DNA of 64,000 bases from Candidatus Solibacter sp. (GTDB lineage Bacteria > Chloroflexota > Dormibacteria > DASZGP01). Below the pieces are notes generated by a model. The model was not told the origin of the DNA. It was given only the letters and a program-made list of their open reading frames with translations, and made no database searches. Within the stretch, counting starts at the first letter, position 1. The number at the start of each line of letters is the position of its first letter. The position numbers were made by a program, and so were the translations under genes. The stretch covers positions 20,990 to 84,989 of the forward strand of contig DATMMS010000005.1 in NCBI GenBank assembly GCA_035569605.1, given 5' to 3'. This document shows positions 1 through 7,726 of this stretch, piece after piece.

Positions 1-789
1 TCCTGCCCCCTCAAATATCGATACCTGCACGTGGACGGCAGCGCCGAGCCGGCGGTCGCACCGGACTGGCGGCGGGCGCCTGCGACCGTGGCTGTCGCCC
101 CCCTGACGCCGGCGATCGACCGCGAGCTCGGGCTGGCTGTGCACCGCGCTATATCGCACTGGCAGCGCGGCGTGGACGGTGGCAAGAGGCCTTCGGCGGC
201 GGCTCTGCTCGCCGCCGTCGCCCAGGAGTGCGTCAACCAGCGGCTCCCCCAAGCAGCCCTCGCGCGCGGAGTTGAACGGCTCCGCCCCGGGCTCAGTGCC
301 TACGCCGAGGGCCCGTGGCCCCGCCGCCACACGCTGTTCCTGGAGCAGCCGGTTCGGCACCTGCTCTCCGATGGGGCCTTCAGCGTGCGGCTATCGCTGC
401 GGGTTGATCGCGTGGCGCGGTACCAGCGGGGCGTTGCCATCCTCGACTTCAAGACGGTCCCGCCGCACGCGATCGAGAGACGAGCGGACGCCTGGCAGCT
501 GCGAACGTACGCGCTGGCGGCGCCTGAGCTGCTGGGGCTGACCCCGGAAAAGGTGGCTCTCTTCATCATCGACCTGAGAGACGACCGCGAGATCCCGGTG
601 GCTGACACCGTCGCGGACCTGAAAACCGCTGCGGCCGAGCTGATCGCAGCAGCGCGTGGTATCGCGGCGAACCTCTTCGATGTCGGCGAGGGTCATGCGG
701 ACCGTCCCTGCTGGGAATGCGGTTTCCGGCTGACCTGTCCCATGTCGACGGCGACGGATCCGCCCATCCGTCGACCTCAGAGCCACTAA
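1..789 (+). CDS. PD-(D/E)XK (Cas4/RecB-like) Fe-S nuclease, 5'-truncated at the window edge
   Basis: The reading frame is open from nt 1 (SCPLKYRYLHVDG...), so the gene starts upstream of the window. It has an N-terminal Cys in a CPxKY motif, an ILDFKT (D-x-K) motif and a C-terminal CWECGFRLTC (C-x2-C-x5-C), i.e. four Cys typical of a Cas4/AddB 4Fe-4S cluster. Confidence 0.6.
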   Translation, partial: SCPLKYRYLHVDGSAEPAVAPDWRRAPATVAVAPLTPAIDRELGLAVHRAISHWQRGVDGGKRPSAAALLAAVAQECVNQRLPQAALARGVERLRPGLSAYAEGPWPRRHTLFLEQPVRHLLSDGAFSVRLSLRVDRVARYQRGVAILDFKTVPPHAIERRADAWQLRTYALAAPELLGLTPEKVALFIIDLRDDREIPVADTVADLKTAAAELIAAARGIAANLFDVGEGHADRPCWECGFRLTCPMSTATDPPIRRPQSH

Positions 790-800
790 ACTTCGCGACG

Positions 801-1055
801 ATGCCGCAGTTCGAGGTCGTCGAGGACAGCCGTCGCGTACCACCCGGCAAGGCCGGCACCCTGATTCCGTCCTGGAACACGGGCTTCGACTTGAGGAGCG
901 GCCCCGACGGCGAGCAGACGACAGGTGCGGTAGTCCGGCCAGGACAGAAGCTGCACGTCCTGGAGAGTGTGGGCGGCAACCTCAAAGTCCGGCAGGAGGC
1001 CAACGGCTACCAGGGCTGGCTCCCGGGGCATATCGTCGCTCCCTGGCCGGAGTAG
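801..1055 (+). CDS. SH3b-domain protein
   Basis: 84-aa ORF starting at the ATG just after the upstream stop. The motif LRSGPDG...G.KLHVLE...GYQGWLPGHIV resembles bacterial SH3 (SH3_3) domains. Confidence 0.45.
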   Translation: MPQFEVVEDSRRVPPGKAGTLIPSWNTGFDLRSGPDGEQTTGAVVRPGQKLHVLESVGGNLKVRQEANGYQGWLPGHIVAPWPE

Positions 1056-1076
1056 CGAAGCGACACAGAAGCCGCG

Positions 1077-1199
1077 ATGAAGATCGCCTGTCTGCTGCTT
1101 TTCGTGTTCGGGGGCGTGATCGCCCTCATCCTGTTCGGTATCCAGGCGCTCGGAGGGGGCCCGGTCGTCTACCCGCACCTGGGCCCGGCGCTGCCGTAG
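1077..1199 (+). CDS. putative 40-aa single-pass membrane peptide
   Basis: ORF below the track's size cutoff, encoding MKIACLLLFVFGGVIALILFGIQALGGGPVVYPHLGPALP. A hydrophobic helix follows a basic N-terminus. It sits in an otherwise empty 150-nt gap. Confidence 0.25.
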   Translation: MKIACLLLFVFGGVIALILFGIQALGGGPVVYPHLGPALP

Positions 1200-1206
1200 C
1201 CGGGAG

Positions 1207-2034
1207 TTAGCCGCCGGCCGCCGACGGCTCCAGGGCCTTGGAGGGCGCCGCCCGCCCTGCCTTGTCGAAGAACTCGGCGATCAGCTGGTAGATCTCGTCG
1301 TGGTCGACGTCGACGGTCATGGCGTGGCCGCTGCGTTCGAAATACCGAACCGTGGCGGTGGGGCCGATGGCGGCGGCGATCATCTGGGCGTTGCCAGGAG
1401 GCACGGTTTTATCTCGCATGCCGTGCATGATCAGCGCCGGGACTTTGATGTCGTGAGCCTCCTGGAGCGCCTGCCGGTAGAGGTGGACCAGGTCGATGTG
1501 CGATTTCATCGCGCGCCGGTTGTAGGTGCGCAGCTGCCGCACCGCCTGCTTGTCCCACAGGTCGACGTTGTCGCGGTCGGGGTAGTGCCATTTCAGCAGG
1601 TAGCGGCCCAAAAACAGCTGTAGCTCGGTCCACCAGCCCAGGTCCACCAGGGCCGCGCAGGTCGCCAGCGCGACCACGTCGGGGTTGCGGGCGGCCAGGA
1701 TCAGGCTCATGGCGCCGCCCATCGACTGGCCGGCGACGAGGACCTGGCGGCACTCCCGCTTGAGCTCGTCGAGCTGCGCCTGGGCGCTGGCGATCCAGTC
1801 GGTCCAGCTGGTGGCGGCAAGATCCTCAGGGGTCGTGCCGCAGCCCGCCAGCAGCGCGCCATGGACGCGGAAGCCTTTCTGCGCCAGGTGCTCGCCGAGC
1901 CCTCTCATCTCCGGGGGGGTGCCGCAGAATCCGTGTATCAGCAGGACGCCACGGTCGCCCGAGCCGAGCCGGAATGGCTCGAGGTCGCCCGCCGCCGGCG
2001 GGTAGCTGAAGATGCCCTCACCTCGTCGCGGCAT
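1207..2034 (-). CDS. alpha/beta-fold carboxylesterase
   Basis: Has the HGFCGTP oxyanion-hole-like motif, a GQSMGG nucleophile elbow (GxSxG) and a C-terminal His, as in Est30-type carboxylesterases. Confidence 0.7.
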   Translation of the reverse strand: MPRRGEGIFSYPPAAGDLEPFRLGSGDRGVLLIHGFCGTPPEMRGLGEHLAQKGFRVHGALLAGCGTTPEDLAATSWTDWIASAQAQLDELKRECRQVLVAGQSMGGAMSLILAARNPDVVALATCAALVDLGWWTELQLFLGRYLLKWHYPDRDNVDLWDKQAVRQLRTYNRRAMKSHIDLVHLYRQALQEAHDIKVPALIMHGMRDKTVPPGNAQMIAAAIGPTATVRYFERSGHAMTVDVDHDEIYQLIAEFFDKAGRAAPSKALEPSAAGG

Positions 2035-2061
2035 GCGCGGATCTTAACGTAGAGTCTGGCA

Positions 2062-3081
2062 ATGATCCGGGAGGCGATCCAGCAGCTGGTGGCGTCGGTC
2101 GATCTCGATCGCGAGCAGGCGACCGCCGCGATGGACGAGATCATGAACGGCGAGGCGACCGACGTCCAGGTGGCCGGCTTCCTGGTCGCGCTGCGGATGA
2201 AGGGCGAGAGCGTAGATGAGATCGTCGGCATGGTCAGCTCGATGCGCGACCACGCCACCGCGATCGAGGCCCCGGCGGGCGCCGTCGACACCTGCGGGAC
2301 CGGCGGCGACGGCGCCGGCACCTTCAACATCTCGACAGCCGCGGCGCTGGTAGTCAGGGGAGCCGGGGCGACAGTGGCCAAGCACGGCAACCGCGCCGCC
2401 AGCAGCCAGTGCGGCAGCGCCGACGTCTTTGAAGCGCTCGGCGTTCCGGTGACATTGCCCGCGCCCGCCATCCAGGAATGCCTGGAGAGGACCGGTATCG
2501 CGTTCCTCTTCGCGCCCACCTTCCATCCCGCGATGCGCCACGCGGCCAAGCCTCGCAGCGAGCTTGGAGTCCGCACCGTCTTCAACTTCCTGGGCCCGTT
2601 GGCCAACCCGGCCCGGGTGCGGCGGCAGGCGCTGGGCGCGGGCAGCCTCGAGGTGGCGGAGAAGATGGTCCAGGTGCTCCAGCGGCTTGGCCACGAGCGG
2701 GCCCTCGTCTTCCACAGCGAAGACGGCCTCGATGAGCTGAGCACGGTGGCCCCGGCGCACGTCTACGAGCTGCGAGAAGACAGCATCCGGGAGCTCCGCC
2801 TCGACTCCACCTCGTTGGGCCTGGCCCGGGCGGCAGCAGGCGATCTCAAGGGTGGCGACGCGCCCCACAATGCCGAGATCGTGATCTCGGTGCTGGAGGG
2901 AAAGTCGGGTCCCCAGCGCGACGTGGTGGTGCTCAATGCCGCCGCCGGCCTGGTGGCTGCGGGCCTGGCCGACGACGTCGCCGCAGCCATCTCCCAGGCC
3001 CAGGCGGCGATCGACAACGGCTCGGCCCGCGATGCTCTCGAGAGCCTCAGGTCGGTGGCGTCGTCCCTGGTCGCCGTCTGA
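2062..3081 (+). CDS. trpD: anthranilate phosphoribosyltransferase
   Basis: Carries the GTGGDGAGTFNISTAAALV signature and has full TrpD length (339 aa). Confidence 0.85.
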   Translation: MIREAIQQLVASVDLDREQATAAMDEIMNGEATDVQVAGFLVALRMKGESVDEIVGMVSSMRDHATAIEAPAGAVDTCGTGGDGAGTFNISTAAALVVRGAGATVAKHGNRAASSQCGSADVFEALGVPVTLPAPAIQECLERTGIAFLFAPTFHPAMRHAAKPRSELGVRTVFNFLGPLANPARVRRQALGAGSLEVAEKMVQVLQRLGHERALVFHSEDGLDELSTVAPAHVYELREDSIRELRLDSTSLGLARAAAGDLKGGDAPHNAEIVISVLEGKSGPQRDVVVLNAAAGLVAAGLADDVAAAISQAQAAIDNGSARDALESLRSVASSLVAV

Positions 3082-3092
3082 CCCAGCCCCCA

Positions 3093-4457
3093 TTGCCAGG
3101 GGATCTCGCCTACCGCTTCCCGGAAGGCTTCCTGTGGGGGGCGGCCACCGCCGCGCACCAGGTGGAGGGCGGCAACCACAACAACGACTGGTGGGAGTGG
3201 GAGCAGCTGCCCGGCAAGATCAAGAACGGGGATCGCAGTGACCCGGCGTGCGACCACTACGTGCGCTACCGCCAGGACTTCGAGATGCTCAAGGGGATGG
3301 GCCACAACGCCCATCGGCTCTCGATCGAGTGGAGCCGGCTTTTCCCTGAGCGGGGGGTCGTCAATCCCGAGGCGGTGGCCCACTACCGCGACGTGCTCGA
3401 GACCCTGCGCGGCCTGGAGATGGCTCCGCTGGTCACGCTGCACCACTTCACCAATCCGCTCTGGCTGACACTGTCGGGCGGATGGGAGAACGTGAGCGCG
3501 ATCGAGGACTTCCGGCAGCTGGCGCGCCTGTGCGCCGCCGAGTACGGCGACCTGGTCGATACCTGGACCACCTTCAACGAGCCCAACGTTTACGCGTACC
3601 AGTCATACGTGTTGGGCTTGTGGCCGCCGCAGCGACGCGATTTCGCCGCCGCTGTGCGGGTAATGCGAAACATGGTCCGCGCCCACGCGGCCGGCTACGC
3701 CGAGTTGAAGAGTGGGCCTCACGGCGGCTCCGCGAAAGTCGGCATCGCCCAGCACATGAGGGTGTTCGAGCCGTGGCGGCGCTGGCACCCGCTGGACCGG
3801 GCGGCGTCGGCTCTGCCCGAAGCCGGCTTCAACCATTGGATCCTGCGGGCGTGCACCGACGGGCGCGCGGGATGGCCGCTGGCAAGACCGGCACGAATCC
3901 CAGAGGCGGCCGGCACTCTGGACTGGATCGGGCTCAACTACTACAGCCGGGACATGGTCGCCTTCGATCCAACCGCGGCCAGAAACCTGTTCTCGCGGAC
4001 CTTCTCTCGCCCCGGGAGCCCGGTGTCGGATTTCGCCATGGAGATTTACCCGCTGGGGATCCACAAGCTCCTGCTGGAGCTTGCGGCGCGGTATCGGAAG
4101 CCGCTCTACATCACCGAGAACGGAGTGGCCGACGCCCGGGACTCCTTCAGGGCGCCGGCGCTGGTCGCTCACCTGGCGGAGTCGGCGCGCGCAATTAACG
4201 CCGGTGCTGACCTGCGCGGCTATATGCACTGGTCCTCGATGGACAACTTCGAGTGGTCCGAGGGGTACGGCATGCGGTTTGGCTTGGTCGAGGTCGACTT
4301 CGCCACCCAGTCGCGCCTGCCGCGGCCCAGCTCCGAGCTCTACAGCCGGTTGATCCGCCAGAACGGGATCACCCGGGCGGAGCTCCAGGACAACTACCCG
4401 CCTGCCTTGGGCTACCTCGAGACCTCGAGCCGGTCGAGCGCCAGCAGCTCGCCGTAG
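3093..4457 (+). CDS. GH1 family beta-glucosidase
   Basis: Has the two catalytic Glu motifs TFNEPN (acid/base) and YITENG (nucleophile), and is 454 aa. Confidence 0.85.
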   Translation: MPGDLAYRFPEGFLWGAATAAHQVEGGNHNNDWWEWEQLPGKIKNGDRSDPACDHYVRYRQDFEMLKGMGHNAHRLSIEWSRLFPERGVVNPEAVAHYRDVLETLRGLEMAPLVTLHHFTNPLWLTLSGGWENVSAIEDFRQLARLCAAEYGDLVDTWTTFNEPNVYAYQSYVLGLWPPQRRDFAAAVRVMRNMVRAHAAGYAELKSGPHGGSAKVGIAQHMRVFEPWRRWHPLDRAASALPEAGFNHWILRACTDGRAGWPLARPARIPEAAGTLDWIGLNYYSRDMVAFDPTAARNLFSRTFSRPGSPVSDFAMEIYPLGIHKLLLELAARYRKPLYITENGVADARDSFRAPALVAHLAESARAINAGADLRGYMHWSSMDNFEWSEGYGMRFGLVEVDFATQSRLPRPSSELYSRLIRQNGITRAELQDNYPPALGYLETSSRSSASSSP

Positions 4458-5020
4458 GCCGCGATCGCCCCGGCCGCGGCGGTCGTGATCCGCGTGGAAT
4501 GACCCGTGGCGACGACCGTCCAGTCGATGCCGGTGGCGGCTGCGGCGGAGACGACGACGGGTACGATCGCGGGCACCAGGTCGGCAGTTCCCAACTGGAC
4601 GGCGTCGATCTCGAGCGCGTTCCCCGGGATCAGGTCAAGGCGCTCCACGACAACGGTCGCGAACGCCGCCGAAAGGTGATCCAGCTCCGCATGCGGCCCC
4701 CAACCAAGCTCCACCTGGGTTGGGCCGTCGGGGGCCACCCGGTGCGCCAGCAGCCCGTTGCCGGTAACCGTCAGCTCCAGCTCATGGTCGCCTGAGAAGC
4801 GCTCATGACTGTGGATCCGCAGCAGCCGGGTGACCAGTCGATGGTCAAGCTCCCAGTCGATGGTGGTGGCTATCTCCTCCGGCCAGGTCGTCTTGAGCTC
4901 GCTCTCGATATGCCAGGCGGCCCCGGTCCGCTCCACAGTGAGTAGCTCGCTGCCGGCGATGAACCCATCGGGACGGGTGATCGAGTACCAAGCCCGGTGG
5001 GGAAGCAACTCTTCTCTCAT
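4412..5020 (-). CDS. hypothetical protein
   Basis: 202-aa ORF with protein-like composition, convergent with the GH1 gene (46-nt 3' overlap) and divergent from the DUF3467-like gene. No recognisable motif. Confidence 0.4.
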   Translation of the reverse strand: MREELLPHRAWYSITRPDGFIAGSELLTVERTGAAWHIESELKTTWPEEIATTIDWELDHRLVTRLLRIHSHERFSGDHELELTVTGNGLLAHRVAPDGPTQVELGWGPHAELDHLSAAFATVVVERLDLIPGNALEIDAVQLGTADLVPAIVPVVVSAAAATGIDWTVVATGHSTRITTAAAGAIAAYGELLALDRLEVSR

Positions 5021-5087
5021 CGCGGGGGATTATGTCGCTGCCGTGCCGGTACTCTAAGCGTCGACGCCGCAACCAGGAGGACAGCGC

Positions 5088-5465
5088 ATGCCCGAAACCG
5101 AAACCGAGACCGCGCCCACCCCAGACCTGCCGGTCGGAGGCCAGATCCAGGTCCAGATCCCGGAGCAGCGCTTCGAGGTGTTGTACTCCGACCAGGCCTT
5201 CGTCTCTCACTCGCCGGTCGGGTTCACTCTCGATTTCGCCCAGGTAACCCCCCAGCTGGGGATGAGCCGCGTGGTGGCTCGCGTGGGAATGAGCGCGACT
5301 CACCTCAAGCTGCTGGTCGGCGTGCTGACGGAGAACCTGGCGCATTTCGAGCAGCAGTACGGCGCCGTGAACCTGACCCCGGCGATGGTGCAGCAGCACG
5401 AGCAGGCCAGTCACCATATCGGCTTCCATCCGCTGACCGAGAAGGACGCGCCCAAGGATCAATGA
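5088..5465 (+). CDS. DUF3467-like hypothetical protein
   Basis: AGGAGG Shine-Dalgarno before the ATG. The motif VSHSPVGFTLDF...VVARVGMS...LAHFEQQYG resembles the DUF3467 family. Confidence 0.5.
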   Translation: MPETETETAPTPDLPVGGQIQVQIPEQRFEVLYSDQAFVSHSPVGFTLDFAQVTPQLGMSRVVARVGMSATHLKLLVGVLTENLAHFEQQYGAVNLTPAMVQQHEQASHHIGFHPLTEKDAPKDQ

Positions 5466-5938
5466 GGCTGTCGGCCAGGCTCCGCGGCGTTCTCGACCTG
5501 GTCCCGGCGTACGGAGCCGTCGCCGATATCGGCAGCGGCCACGGGGCGCTGGCGGCGGCGGTGGCGGCGCGGGGCCAGCGGGTGCTGGCGACCGAGCGCA
5601 CCCCCGGGCGGGTTGAGTCGCTTCGTCGGGACATGGCCAGGCGTGGCATCCCTGTGGCGACCCGGCGTGGCGAGGGCCTGGCGGCGCTGCGACAGGGCGA
5701 GGTCGATATCGCGGTCATCGCCGGCCTCGGCGGACGCAACCTGGTTGCGATGTTGGAGTCGAGCCCCTGGCTGCCGCGCTGGCTGGTACTGCAGCCGGTC
5801 CAGGACGCCGCCATGGTGGAGGACTGGATTTGTGCGAAGGGTTTCGCCGCGGTAAGCGACGAGACCACGGAGCGTGGTCGTCGCTACCGCACCTGGCGGG
5901 TGGATGTCCCGGCCGCCGCCGGGCGCGTCCGCCCTTGA
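5462..5938 (+). CDS. class I SAM-dependent methyltransferase, TrmK-like
   Basis: ATG overlaps the upstream stop (ATGA). VADIGSGHGALAAAV is a SAM-binding motif, and the size (158 aa) fits tRNA(m1A22) methyltransferase-like proteins. Confidence 0.5.
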   Translation: MRLSARLRGVLDLVPAYGAVADIGSGHGALAAAVAARGQRVLATERTPGRVESLRRDMARRGIPVATRRGEGLAALRQGEVDIAVIAGLGGRNLVAMLESSPWLPRWLVLQPVQDAAMVEDWICAKGFAAVSDETTERGRRYRTWRVDVPAAAGRVRP

Positions 5939-6375
5939 GCCACCTGGTGCTGCACACAGACGGTGGTGCCCGGGGCAACCCCGGACCGGCGGCCATCGGC
6001 GTCGTCATCGAGGTGGAGGCGGCAGGCCAGGCCGAGCTGCTGGGGGAGATCGGCGAGACCATCGGCGTCGCCAGCAACAACGTGGCCGAGTACCGGGCCA
6101 TCATCCGGGGGCTGGAGGAGGCCCAGCGGCTGGAGGCCTCGAGCGTGAGCTGCCTGCTGGACAGCCAGCTGGTGGTGGAGCAGCTGAACGGCAACTACAA
6201 GGTCAAATCCGAGGACATGAAGCCGCTCCACGCTCGCGTCCAGGAGCTTCGCTCGCGATTCGCCCTGGTCACCTTCCAGCACGTCCGCCGGGAGCAGAAC
6301 AAGGAGGCGGACCGCCTGGTCAACGAAGCGCTTGATGGCAAACGTCAGCCTGGCTTCGTCGCCGCCACGGCCTAG
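5935..6375 (+). CDS. rnhA: ribonuclease HI
   Basis: TTG start overlaps the upstream stop (TTGA). Has the HTDGGARGNPGPAAIGVVI motif, the NNVAEYRAII motif and a conserved C-terminal D. Confidence 0.8.
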   Translation: MSHLVLHTDGGARGNPGPAAIGVVIEVEAAGQAELLGEIGETIGVASNNVAEYRAIIRGLEEAQRLEASSVSCLLDSQLVVEQLNGNYKVKSEDMKPLHARVQELRSRFALVTFQHVRREQNKEADRLVNEALDGKRQPGFVAATA

Positions 6376-6449
6376 CTTCGGAGTGGTGCCTGTACTGGCG
6401 GCCCTGGTCCCCCTGATCTCGCTCCGGTAGGGATGGCAATCGCGCCTTT

Positions 6450-6477
6450 TTGAATATCACATTCGCTCCTTTAGACT
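6450..6477 (+). promoter_or_regulatory. candidate sigma-70-like promoter of rnpB (TTGAAT-N16/17-TAGACT)
   Basis: -35 TTGAAT at 6450-6455 and -10 TAGACT at 6472-6477, about 6 nt before the predicted RNase P RNA 5' end. Confidence 0.45.
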
Positions 6478-6482
6478 ATTTC

Positions 6483-6852
6483 CGGCGAGTCGGCGAGGTG
6501 ACCGCGGCGGGAGCAATCCCGGCGAGGAAAGTCCGAGCTCCACAGAGCAGAGTGCCGGGTAACACCCGGCGGGCGCGAGCCCAGGGAAAGTGCCACAGAA
6601 AATACACAGCCGCAGATCCAACTGCGGCGAAGGTGAAATGGTGGAGGTAAGAGCCCACCGGCGGCCGGGAGACCGGCCGGCCAGGTAAACCCCACTCGGA
6701 GCAAGACCTGATAGAGGGCGTTGAGGCTGCTCGTCCAGCCCTCGGGTAGGTCGCTAGAGGCGCCGGGCAACCGGCGTCGTAGATAGATGGTCACCGCCCC
6801 GATGACCGTGAGGTCCCGGGGCACAGAACTCGGCTTATTGCCGGCTCGCCAG
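6483..6852 (+). ncRNA. rnpB: RNase P RNA (bacterial type A)
   Basis: Contains GGAAAGUCCGAGCUCCACAGAGCAGAGUGCCGGGUAACACCCGGCGGG, GGUGAAAUGGUGGAGGUAAGAGCCCACC and ACAGAACUCGGCUUAU. P1 pairing is GGCGAGUCGGC with GCCGGCUCGCC. The track's ORFs over this region are spurious. Confidence 0.9.
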
Positions 6853-7115
6853 TTTTATAGACGGTGCGACTGCGAGCGCGGCCGGAGCATGAAAAGAGGG
6901 GACGAAGGCCGCCCGGTCGGGTGCGACTCCGTTGGCTGCGCCTGGGGACGCGAGCCTAAACATCCCAGATTGGGCACAAGAAGACCGTTTTCGCGCGATA
7001 AATCCCCACTTTGCTCGAGCACCACATCTGGGCCTTGTTGGCGCCATAACTACCAGATCTGGGGTTTCGAGCCAAATCTGTCCTCGGGGCCCGCGCTAGA
7101 TATTGCGTTTTTGTA

Positions 7116-7144
7116 TTGACACCTGGGGGGCCCGGTGCTACGGT
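7116..7144 (+). promoter_or_regulatory. candidate dcw promoter TTGACA-N17-TACGGT
   Basis: Perfect -35 hexamer at 7116-7121, a 17-nt spacer, and a TACGGT -10-like hexamer at 7139-7144, about 125 nt upstream of mraZ. Confidence 0.45.
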
Positions 7145-7154
7145 TCCCGGCGAA

Positions 7155-7179
7155 GTGGTAGCAGGTGGTGAAAAGTGGG
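7155..7179 (+). promoter_or_regulatory. MraZ operator: three direct GTGGN repeats at 10-bp periodicity
   Basis: GTGGTagcagGTGGTgaaaaGTGGGga lies immediately downstream of the candidate -10. MraZ is known to bind direct GTGGG-type repeats with 5-nt spacers overlapping the mra promoter. Related 10-mers AAAGTGGGGA/TCCCCACTTT occur at 7003-7012, 7172-7181 and 7217-7226. Confidence 0.6.
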
Positions 7180-7266
7180 GATTCTCCAATCCCTCCAACG
7201 TCCCTCCCAGGATGAGTCCCCACTTTTCGCCCCTGCGGCTTCACCAACAAGGATGGAAATGATCGG

Positions 7267-7704
7267 ATGTTCCTCGGCAAGCACAGTCGCAGTCTCGACG
7301 CCAAGGGGCGGTTGGCCCTCCCGGCCAAGTTCCGCGAGCAGCTGCCCGGGGGCTCGGTGGTCACGATCTCTCCCGAGAACTGCCTGCGGGTCTATCCGCC
7401 GGCGGAGTGGGATCGGGTGACCGAGCAGTACCGCGTCAGCGCGGCGACCGAGGCCACCGAGCGCAACCTGATCAGGCGTCTCTTCTCGGAGGCCCACGAG
7501 ATCGAGTTCGACGGCCAGGGCAGGGCCTTGATCCCAGCCGGGCTTCGTCAGACCGCCGGGATCGAGGGCAACGCCATGGTGGTGGGCGTCAACAACGTCG
7601 TCGAGATCTGGAGTGAAGGTCGCTGGCAGGCGCTCGAGGCCGCCACCGACAACTTCACCGAGCTAACCGACGAGGTGGTACGACACCGCAACGCCAGCAG
7701 CTGA
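7267..7704 (+). CDS. mraZ: transcriptional regulator MraZ
   Basis: MFLGKHSRSLDAKGRLALPAKFRE N-terminus with duplicated SpoVT/AbrB-like halves, at the first position of the dcw cluster. Confidence 0.9.
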   Translation: MFLGKHSRSLDAKGRLALPAKFREQLPGGSVVTISPENCLRVYPPAEWDRVTEQYRVSAATEATERNLIRRLFSEAHEIEFDGQGRALIPAGLRQTAGIEGNAMVVGVNNVVEIWSEGRWQALEAATDNFTELTDEVVRHRNASS

Positions 7705-7726
7705 CTCGTCCGGGCCAGCAGGCCCG

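Noticed and set aside
6853-7115. Possible tRNA-like or small RNA segments in the long mraZ leader (e.g. GGGGTTTCGAGCC around 7062).
   Set aside because: No full cloverleaf (acceptor stem plus T-arm GTTCRANYC) could be assembled by eye. Treated as leader sequence carrying promoter/operator elements.
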